From: Sphaeroforma arctica JP610
Taxonomy: Eukaryota
Direction of reading: 5' to 3'
NCBI RefSeq assembly: GCF_001186125.1
Contig: NW_014039786.1
Location: 1-43,781, forward strand
Length of the DNA stretch: 43,781 bases
Position numbers and translations under genes: made by a program. Shown one piece after another: positions 33,964 through 43,781 of the stretch (its first letter is position 1; each line of letters starts with the position of its first letter). The notes under the pieces are model-generated. The model was not told the DNA's origin. It worked only from the letters and a program-made list of their open reading frames with translations, and ran no database searches.

Positions 33964-36900
33964 ATGTTTTCGTCGCTCACGAGATTATGCCTGCCAACAT
34001 CACGACTAAGTATGACACTCTTAGCAAAGTATACTAAGACCCGTGCATACACATCGTTTGGAAATTCAAACCTGAGATCGCGTCCTTTTCCAGTAACGCT
34101 TAGTACGGGGGTAAACTCAGGGACACAAGCTTCCGGTGTTTACTTGCGGAGCATTATTAGAGGTGTTAAAACATCTCCTGGAGCCGCACCAAGGCAGACC
34201 AAGTCTAGTGCTGGAGGGGTATGTAGTGAGTGTTCGCTTCATTATTGGTTGTATCAGAACAACAATGCTTTGGTAGTATGGGTCTAGCTTGTCGTCTGCT
34301 ACAACATGTATGAGATGTTATGTCGTGATATCACTGTGCGGATCAGAGGAGGAGTCCGTTTCCTCTAGCGTACATCGCAAGTTACTTCCGCGTATATACA
34401 GCCGACTATGCGCTTCACTTTATTGGGGAGTATATTATGAAAAGCCAGGATATCCTCGTACATCTGGACACACAGTAGTCGATACCGACACCGCCCGCCA
34501 TGCTATTTGATGGTTATCGCATACACAGTCTGCAATGTACAAGTCAAAATGCGAAATCTATTTAAAGGCACATTTGCAGGCCTCTTTAGCACGGTTTACA
34601 GTTCTAAACACAAATAGAAATTCATACGGAGACATACTTTATGTGCACGTGTAAATAATTATATATATATATATCTATATATATATATTAATATATATAT
34701 ATAAANNNNNNNNNNNNNNNNNNNNNNNNNNNNNNNNNNNNNNNNNNNNNNNNNNNNNNNNNNNNNNNNNNNNNNNNNNNNNNNNNNNNNNNNNNNNNNN
34801 NNNNNNNNNNNNNNNNNNNNNNNNNNNNNNNNNNNNNNNNNNNNNNNNNNNNNNNNNNNNNNNNNNNNNNNNNNNNNNNNNNNNNNNNNNNNNNNNNNNN
34901 NNNNNNNNNNNNNNNNNNNNNNNNNNNNNNNNNNNNNNNNNNNNNNNNNNNNNNNNNNNNNNNNNNNNNNNNNNNNNNNNNNNNNNNNNNNNNNNNNNNN
35001 NNNNNNNNNNNNNNNNNNNNNNNNNNNNNNNNNNNNNNNNNNNNNNNNNNNNNNNNNNNNNNNNNNNNNNNNNNNNNNNNNNNNNNNNNNNNNNNNNNNN
35101 NNNNNNNNNNNNNNNNNNNNNNNNNNNNNNNNNNNNNNNNNNNNNNNNNNNNNNNNNNNNNNNNNNNNNNNNNNNNNNNNNNNNNNNNNNNNNNNNNNNN
35201 NNNNNNNNNNNNNNNNNNNNNNNNNNNNNNNNNNNNNNNNNNNNNNNNNNNNNNNNNNNNNNNNNNNNNNNNNNNNNNNNNNNNNNNNNNNNNNNNNNNN
35301 NNNNNNNNNNNNNNNNNNNNNNNNNNNNNNNNNNNNNNNNNNNNNNNNNNNNNNNNNNNNNNNNNNNNNNNNNNNNNNNNNNNNNNNNNNNNNNNNNNNN
35401 NNNNNNNNNNNNNNNNNNNNNNNNNNNNNNNNNNNNNNNNNNNNNNNNNNNNNNNNNNNNNNNNNNNNNNNNNNNNNNNNNNNNNNNNNNNNNNNNNNNN
35501 NGAAAGAAGGTAAGCGCCATTTGCATGGCCCCTCGTTCGCTGAGCCGATTTTCAATTCCACTGATTTTGTTATCAGCAATTTCATCGTACATAGTATGCA
35601 AGTATAATGGTGTAAAATCACAATATAAGCTCTGATGACCGCATTGCCATACCGGTGAATGAGTGTTAATTTTTGTCCTTTTGACCATCGATTTTTATGT
35701 CTGCACCTTCGCACTGCGCTTTCTGACAGCTGTGACTCATAAAGCCAAACCGATTGGAATGCCCAGGATAGGTGGTCCGTTCGAACTCACAGATTGTGCT
35801 ACAGGTAAGTAAGTTGAGCTACACCTCTGCTTTGCAATAGCGAATTGCATGTATCGTGTACAAGTATTGTATTCGCTATCTATTTGGTATGCTCGTACAC
35901 ATACGTCACATTACAGCATGCAACACCATGCAGCTGAAATACTGCGCTACGCTGGATGACTTCTCAAATGTTAAAATGTTTGTGCTTCATTTCGCTATCT
36001 GTTCGGTATATCTGTATTTTGAGTTATACTCGCGTATAGTATACATCAATATGTCGAAAATTGACCGTGTTCTACTGTATGGGTGTCGTATTTATCAAGA
36101 AGTGTGTAGTTTTTGCAATCACGCCTGGGCGGGTGTACATTCTTCCGCACTCTTCTGGATATTTACTTCAGGATATTGCGTGGAGTCCCGTCTTTGAATT
36201 TATAGCAGATTGTAGGTTTCTAATGCCATGAATTGTGCGCATCGTGTCATCATCACAGGGAAGACTGTTACGGATAAGGACTTCCATGGTAAATGGTTGC
36301 TGATATACTTTGGTTTCACATTTTGTCCAGATGTTTGTCCAGATGAGCTCTACAAGGTATGCTTACAAATTGCGTCCATTCATTGTGTGAATTCAAATAA
36401 GTATAGACACAAGCTATGCTTCGTCATCTTTCATTTTGATTCTCGTAAATCTTACAGCAAATCTTGCTTTTCCTCTGCTTCTTAAAGTATTCCGGTGGAG
36501 GTCCGACTTGAAGTAGATAGTCCCCTTTTGCACACTAAATGGCTTGCAATTGAAATGGAGGAAATTTTCTAGTTTGAATGTAACGGCAATTGAGTATCAA
36601 CAAACTTATTGAGACTGCAGTTAAGTGCATACTTCTTGTGGTGTCTCAACTCTACGATATTTTTCCTATGATGCTGTTCAAGATTGCAGATATTTGCAAC
36701 ATGCTGGAGGGCACAACACTGATAGGAGAGAAGTTAGTCCCGATTTTCATCTCCATCGATCCTAAACGTGATACCCCGGAAGTTGTCAAAGAATATGTAT
36801 CAGGTACGGGTACCAGTTAACTACTGTCTCGTAGCACTCCGCTTCTCTGTATACCTCATTTTCTTCGTTGTAGTTACACACATGTGTGCGTGAATCTGTG

Positions 36901-37590
36901 GATACAACACCTCACTGCAGTGTCGTGCACATTTAGACCGTACGCGCAGAAGCACCTTCGCGGCATTCATAAAGAAGCGTGGCGGCTTACTAGTCTGATA
37001 GTATCTATATATTTTTTCTGTATAGACAAAAAAAGTCTGATCGCTCATGCAGAAAGTGTTTAATTCATCACACAATATTCAAAAAACTCGCAGAGTTCCA
37101 CCCTCGAATGGTTGGTTTGACTGGTGCCAAGGAGAAGACCGATGCCATCGCTAAATCTTACCGAGTGCATACTAGTGAGGGTCCGCCAATGGATGATGAT
37201 CCCAACGATTACATCGGTGTGTGACTCGAAGGAGTTGGAGATTGCTTTGATTTTATTTCGCGTTCTATACTGGGACATATCGTTTAGGACATTCCTGCAT
37301 AAATGTGACATAATCTCATCCATCACTACATGTGTTGTTCTTTTAGTTTGCGCATTTGAGAATAATTGCGGTGATTGTAGTCTAATCTATTTGCTTAATA
37401 AAATCAATTGCAATATTTTGTTACCACTGCAGTGGACCACTCGATCATCACGTACCTGGTCGACCCACAGGGTGTATTCCAGGCGTTCTACGGCCAAAAT
37501 AGTACTGCTATGGAGGTGGGCAATGATATCGTGAAATATGTGCGGAACTGGACTCCTCGAAGTGATGAACAGCTCGCTCAACGAATTTAA
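33964..37590 (+). CDS. SCO1: SCO1/SCO2 mitochondrial cytochrome c oxidase copper chaperone; the transmembrane exon lies mostly in an assembly gap
   Basis: Exons: 33964-34218 (Arg/Ser/Thr-rich presequence with no acidic residues), [gap]-35509, 35730-35804 ([11 protein letters not shown]), 36259-36356 ([21 protein letters not shown], CxxxC), 36683-36803 ([19 protein letters not shown]), 37094-37216 ([11 protein letters not shown]...YRV...DYI), 37433-37590 ([14 protein letters not shown], Cu-ligand His). Confidence 0.93.
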
Positions 37591-38804
37591 AGAGGCGCTC
37601 TGTGCTACCTGCGAAACCGGCTTAATTTAGTTAGTGCCAGCGAAAGCATAAATTCTGATGTTGGAGTAGTAGCAAATAGGGTTTGAAGTTCAATTACACA
37701 ACGTAATCTCAGAACGTGCAAACCGCTATATTTTATTTTTTACTGTCCTTACGTCAGTTTGAACAACGCGATTTTGCTAAATATGTTCAATCTAGGAAAC
37801 AGTATCGTTGAAACAAAACGTTCAAGGCTCAAGTCAGTGAAACTAAGGTGAAATATGATCGCAGACGCTTGTGGCTTCGTTGAGTTGAGATGCGAATTAG
37901 ATAAAAAAAATACAAGTGTGTTTACGTTGTGGCTGTTGCTTAGTACTGCCACAAGTTGTTGACTCTTGGTGTATTTCGTTGCCATTCGATTTTTGGCTTC
38001 CTGTCTTCGGTGGGTACTGTATATCAGAGTAAATAATTACAGTGATATTCATGTTTGAACTACGTACATACAAGTGCAACTCGTTGTAATTCTCTGGCTC
38101 TTGTCAATTTTTATTCTGATTCTTCTAGTAGTTTATCTAATCCTATGGAGATCATATGGGGCCATTAACCTGTGCATAAATGCGAACATGCGGCTAAACC
38201 AAGTCAAAGAGAAAGGCATAACAATCCGTACTATCATTCTGATGAATTTTAAGGAGTGAATATCTGAAGGACGACTTTCCATCTAGTGTCGATCATACAA
38301 CCCCAAAACATCGGACTTCACTCCCACGACAAACTGGCTGTTTTGTAATCTTCCGTTGGTGCTATCCATACAATTGTACTTGATCACGTATTCGTGTCAC
38401 TGGGTGTGTGCATCCGTGCGACCGTGCATCTCTACTCGTTCACAAGTATGCAAATTGCAAACGACATGGCCCTCTCTCTAGAGAAAAATTAAAAGTATAC
38501 CACAACGGACTAAAGTCCGTAGGACAGGGTGCGAAGTTGTGAACTGTTTAGTGGTGGTTGTTATAGGGAGTAGTAGCTCACGCCTCTTAGACATTATTGG
38601 TTATGAGCTATCGCAATTTCAGGAGAAAAGCACTTTATTACAGTGCAAAACCAAACTCTCCAATAGAAAATTACGATACAACCAGACTGTCGTGAGAGCG
38701 GAGGTTGTCCGTTGGGCGTTGCACTGCAGTATGTACCACAAATGCAAAAGTGAAGTGTGAAGTCAGCAAAGCAACCGGGAATATCCCGAAAGAATCAACA
38801 TACC

Positions 38805-38925
38805 CTCTCGCGCGAGTCTCGGTCTCGAGTTCTCGACTCTCGAGCCATAATTCTCGAGCCATAACTCTCGAGCCTCGAAGGTCTCTTTCTCGACTCTTAA
38901 TCCTTGACTCTCGAGTCTCGACCTA
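38805..38925. repeat. Dense TCTCG/CTCGAG motif array upstream of the GH114 gene
   Basis: About 10 TCTCG cores and 5 full CTCGAG palindromes in 120 bp, including TCTCGAGCCATAA twice. Confidence 0.8.
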
Positions 38926-39606
38926 TAGTCTATAGATCTTTACACGTGTGTGAAGTTGTGAACTGTGAATCTGTGAACCGTTTTTGAGTGTGGAACTAAT
39001 ATCTAAATTTCATGAAAACACAATTTATTCTCTAAATTCTATTGGATGTCAACCTGGATACGCTTTCTTTTTGCCAATCACTACTTGTCATTGTATCAGC
39101 GATTAAGCACTCCGGAATAAAAATAACTTCGATGAATATTCTGCGTATACTCCCACTCACTCGCAATCTCGCGTGTTGCTTTGAAAGCGGTGCCCGCGGA
39201 CCGCGGTGGCCGTTGCTTGAATCTTAGAATCTCGGAACCTGGCCGCCCGGGGCTACTATAACGGCGTCTGCCATCTGATATTTCAAACTCCTGAAAAACG
39301 AACCAGTAGGCTATGTTTTTGAAATAATCTACAGCAATTTTATAATAATAATGCCACTTGTTGTGTGCGAACTACACCCGCTGGCCGACACCCAGAGTCC
39401 CAGACACTCAGAGAAATAGCCCAGGCCTTAGACACCAGATGACCAGAGTCTCTGTTGAATCCCTGGGGCCTGGTGGAGTGGTAGACGTCTGAACGAGCAC
39501 GAACATCAAATTAGATGCGTAGTACCAATAATTTAGGCCGAAATTTGGTGAGTAGATTCACACAGCCTTCTAAATTAGACAGAAGACTATGGTATATTTA
39601 TGTTAC

Positions 39607-39745
39607 GATATTGTTAACAAACATGAGATTGTCCGAATTTCTAGATCTGCCTAATTTAGAAGGCTATGGTATAGAAAGCTATTGCATAAATATTTGTTTT
39701 TAGATTTTGTTAACATAAGATATATTGTTCGAATTTCTAGATCTG
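39607..39745. repeat. Imperfect ~42-bp direct repeat upstream of the GH114 gene
   Basis: GATATTGTTAACA...GTCCGAATTTCTAGATCTG (39607-39648) and GATTTTGTTAACA...GTTCGAATTTCTAGATCTG (39703-39745). Confidence 0.75.
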
Positions 39746-39810
39746 ATACTCACTTTTACCGAAAGTGATTGCTAAGCTATCACAATCAATAAAAGATCAT
39801 ATCGGGCAGC

Positions 39811-40303
39811 ATGAGTGTAAATGCAACCGCTGAGCAAGAGGTTGTATCGCGCAGCATGAGTGCAACCGCTGAGCAAGGGCAAGTGAATTCCTTGCCTAAA
39901 AAGGTGGCCAAGCCTTGGTACAAGAATAAGCGATGCATGATCCCTCTGATATTTATCATCATTGCACTTCTAGTCGCTGTAATCGTCGGAGGATTGGCGG
40001 CCGGTGGCGTGTTTGATTCAGAAACTAAATCTCAGGGGCTATCGGAAGGCGATTCCAGCAATGTAGTGCAACTCGAGGAGGATACAACGACAACCGACCC
40101 AGCTATCGCAGGAGACAGTGGAGATTCATCGCAATCAACCACCAGTACGAATAGTGATGGTTCCATTACAGGTAGTAGTGCTACTGCAGATAGTGGTTCT
40201 TCAACACCCGTGGCCGTAGATGACGATCGATTCATTGACGGATATTTACCTCCTGCCAAGTACACCGCTGTGAGTATGATTGCGGACATTCTGGGAGGGT
40301 CTT

Positions 40304-40335
<32 letters not shown>

Positions 40336-43300
40336 CCATATATTCGCTAGTATGAGTCGTACTACGAGTATTTCGATACTACTAATATTTTATGCTGTCC
40401 AGATAGAAGAGATTGTTTGTCTGACTTTCTGGGAGAGTCTTTATATATATATATATATATACATTATATTCGCTAGTATGAGCCGTACTACGAGTATTTA
40501 GATACCACTAATATTTTATGTTGTCCAGATAGCAGAGCTCGTTTGTCCCAGTATCGACTACGTCGTCAATTATGTTCTATGCAATTCAAAATTGCCAACA
40601 AACATTGCGTCGAAAAGCGCTATTCTTTTGCATCAAAACATTGATGCTAAAATAACTAATGAATGATGTTTGATGTTCACTACAGGATGAAATTGCAGAA
40701 ATAAAGCCGGATTGGCAGATATTCGAGGACTTGGTGATTCCTTGGTCCGAGTGGTCTGCGCTGTGTGGTGATGGCATCTGTGGTGAAGGTGAATGGTGCC
40801 GCAATTGCCCACAAGACTGCGAGTGCACTTTCAACTGTGGTAACGGGGTGTGTGAGGATGGTGAAAATGGTTGGACGTGCGCCGACGACTGCACACACAT
40901 TGCAGGTAAGTGTGTGTGTGATCAGTGACGTTGTTATTTTGTAAATGTAATTAGTCCGCGTGTGCTGCTATTGATATGAACACTGTGACAGATACAGAAT
41001 AATGAACCTGCCTTATGAACAAATTGCACAGCGACCTGCGGCGACGGTGTCTGCCATGAAGAAGCATCCTTCGCTACGAATTCAACTATCTACCGCTCCG
41101 GATTTGAATCCCCACTCATATGTCCTATCGATTGTCCACTGGAGGATTCCTGTGGAGACGGTGTTTGCTCGGCAACAGAATCTTGTTTCACTTGCCCTAG
41201 CGACTGTGGCGGAATGGTATGGCAAGCAGAACGAGCTTTACCTTTATTTCGACCGGTATCTGTATCACTTTTTCATTGGGTTGTAAAATAGTTATCCGGC
41301 GTCATAATAGTCTGTTTTTAAACAACTAACAATTGTATATCTATTTTCTACATTTCAGTGTGCACCAGTATGCGGAGACGCTAAATGTGATCCAACCGAG
41401 GGATGTGACGACTGTTCTCGCGACTGTGGCGCTTGTAATACAATCCTAAATGACGGTATCTGCGCATGGCCACGCGAGACAATTGTGAATGCCCCCAACG
41501 ATTGCAAAGCATACATAGCACCCGGATTTCAATTCGTTGAATACGAAGGCGTACGCTACGCCACCCTCACTGGAGTCAATCCCTTAGAGGAAACATTCAA
41601 CGTATGTATAGCATATTTAAGTAGACGTTTATATTTGCATCGAGAAAGCTTATGCAATTCTCATCCCAAGATATTGTTGATGAAAACAGTATTTGGCACC
41701 ACTTTGGACTGTTGTATCATCTGTCTGTAAATTAAGCGCAGTTGGCCACTACAAACTATCGTGAGTCCTACAAACCTATTTTGAGTAACATGATTAGGTA
41801 CAGCTTTTCTGCCTCGTACCCTGCACAAACATATTGATAAGCTCGTTTTCTCCCTACACAGGATACTTCATGTGTCAGTATAGAGACATTCATTCCCAAC
41901 GGATGGAAGATGGCATCGAACAACAATCGCACCGCTGAATTGTTGAAGAAATACTTCTTCGCGGTAAGCCAATACTGGAATTGGCATAATTTCTTGATTT
42001 TTTGAATATACATTGTAGTTGAGCATACATTCAATGCCACATATTACAGTACATTCTTACCTTCTTTAGCGGATAATTGAATTGTTATTCTATACTACAA
42101 CTTCGCAGACTGGATGTGCCATTGTTGAAGGAGGTATCGCCCTAGCATCCGCTGGAGAATTGCAGGAATACTGTTCCGACCCACCACTCACTACTAAGCT
42201 GCACGGGGATGGCCGTGTCTCCGTTGCTTTCAGTAGGTATGCACGAGGTCAAGTAGTTCACAACCAAACATGCACTACTTTTATTATGCCAGGCATATAA
42301 AGGGGGCGAATTTCGATGCTACATATAGACTGCTGTGCTCATATACTCGATTTGCGATTTACACAGCGATTACTGTCCTTCCCGTGTGCTTCTTGAAGCT
42401 ATCGAAGATGTCATGACACATCCCGATTTCAAGGCCAAGGAGTGCCCATATGACTGTTGGGGTAATGGTGCGTGCGATCCCTTCAGCGGGCGTTGCTCGT
42501 GTAATTCTCGCTGGACTGGTTTGTACTGTGAACGTATTATTGGCGACTTCCGAATCCCAGAGCACAACAAGACTTGGTACAAGCCCAAGGCTGGCATCAC
42601 CTGGCAGTGGCAGTTACAGGTACGTTAGTTTAAGCCTAAAATCCATCTATATTGATGCTGGAGACTTAAATAGAAGGACTGACGACGAACAATCTGCGGA
42701 AGAATTTATCGCTTCTATTTCAAACCTGATTTCTATTTTCTTCGTGTGCACTTGTAGTAGCGTTCCAACCATAAGCAAGTAATAAATTCAGATTTGGCGA
42801 AAGTCTCTCATTGTGTATTTCAATCTCATATTTCTATCGACAGGATGAGATAGATCAAAGTTTCGATGTAGACCTATACGATGTGGACGTGGACACATCT
42901 GCAACAGTTATCAGCCAGCTTCACGACGCAGGCCGTAAGGTGATGTGCTATTTCAGTGCTGGCAGTTGGGAGGAATTCCGTATGGATGAGGCTAAACTAG
43001 CTCAATCCATCCGTGGAGGGCCATTAGACTTTGGAGAAGGGTATGTACGGGTGAGCCTACCACGTCCTGTTTTCATTATTCCGCCTGTCGATACTTGGGA
43101 TATCTTCTGTAACCTCGTCAATTGCGAGACCCGAATAGCGGTACTGTCTGCATGTCCGATAGTCTGACAGATATATCCATGTCTAACAGCACCCGCACAC
43201 GATTTCTATTTTCTTCTCTTCCAGTGACGTGTTCACCGATGAGGCCTGGTTGGATCTCCGTCGTATGGACATGATCTTGGAGGTAATGCTCGAGCGTATT

Positions 43301-43781
43301 GATCTGGCGCGCGATAAAGGTTGTGACGCGATTGAGTACGATAACTTGGATATGTACATCCACGATCACAATATCCCCGGAGCCGAATTCGACCTAAAAA
43401 TCCAATTGCAGTTCAATATCTGGCTGGCTGAACAAGCACACGCAAGGGGCATGGCCGTTGCGTTGAAGAACTCGAATGAATTCAGCATGTTCTTGGCTGA
43501 CACTTTCGACATGGTGGTGAACGAGGAGTGCTGGGTACGTATATGTGAAATGCGCGACTTTAAATTCATTTTGTCATTGACACAATGTTATATAGTGGGT
43601 ACGCGTAATACTCCGATTTCAATCATGATAATTCGTGAACAAATCTATCAACGCATCGTCTAACACTGCATGCATATCGTCTACAGATTTTCGGCAACTG
43701 TGATAACTACTGGCCATTCATCAACCGAGACAAACCCGTCCTCAATTGCGAGTATTTTACCTCGCTGTGTATGTACTGCGA
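39811..43781 (+). CDS. Type II membrane glycoside hydrolase family 114 protein (endo-alpha-1,4-galactosaminidase, Ega3-like) with Cys-rich repeats and an EGF module; 3' end lies beyond the window
   Basis: Phase-consistent exons: 39811-40269, 40686-40905, 41032-41216, 41359-41601, 41862-41963, 42109-42236, 42367-42619, 42844-43040, 43225-43534, 43687-end. Order: basic KPWYKNKR, hydrophobic anchor, S/T/D-rich stalk, CGDGxC..E....CPxDC repeats, EGF CPYDCWGNGACDPFSGRCSCNSRWTGLYC. GH114 motifs: WYKPKAGITWQWQLQ, LYDVD, LHDAGRKVMCYFSAGSWE, EAWLDLR, RIDLARDKGCDAIEYDNLD, LAEQAHARGMAVALKN, FDMVVNEEC, KPVLNCEY. Confidence 0.9.
40289..40548. repeat. Diverged ~120-140-bp tandem duplication containing (TA)n, in intron 1 of the GH114 gene
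   Basis: TTCTGGGAGRGTCTTTATATA...TATTCGCTAGTATGAGYCGTACTACGAGTATTT.GATAC.ACTAATATTTTATGYTGTCCAGATAG.AGAG occurs at 40289 and at 40427. Confidence 0.9.

Noticed and set aside
34659..35714. 337-351 aa minus-strand ORFs
   Set aside because: Almost entirely X residues from the assembly gap.
38805..38925. CRISPR-like or fixed-period satellite reading of the motif arrays
   Set aside because: No constant repeat-spacer periodicity, eukaryotic context and no cas genes.

Overview
Intron-rich eukaryotic genomic DNA from a draft assembly (N-gaps at 9702-10086, 20367-20386, 28032-28051 and 34706-35501, each beside a (CA)n or (TA)n run). The gene set, intron density and GTATGT-biased donors suggest a unicellular opisthokont or holozoan, possibly an ichthyosporean; this is inference only. 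Manual splicing with GT-AG and phase checks gives six genes: (1) a PHF12/Rco1-type double-PHD protein (+, 5312-15123); (2) a short bacterial-style Ppx/GppA-family ASKHA phosphatase with 6 introns (-, 15374-19790); (3) Pol II elongation factor ELL (-, 22329-28322); (4) TAF13 with some SPT3-like residues (+, 30699-32779); (5) the SCO1/2 copper chaperone (+, 33964-37590, one exon in a gap); (6) a type II membrane protein with Cys-rich repeats, an unrecognised domain, an EGF module and a GH114 endo-alpha-1,4-galactosaminidase domain (+, 39811 to beyond the window). The left end holds a probable LTR (1363-1980) with a tRNA-Lys-type primer-binding site on the minus strand, next to a decayed plus-strand ORF. 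The most interesting items are the modular membrane-tethered GH114, the atypical Ppx/GppA-like enzyme, the LTR with an antisense ORF, and promoter regions built from arrays of short repeated motifs. Most ORFs in the supplied track are exon fragments, antisense shadows or gap artefacts.
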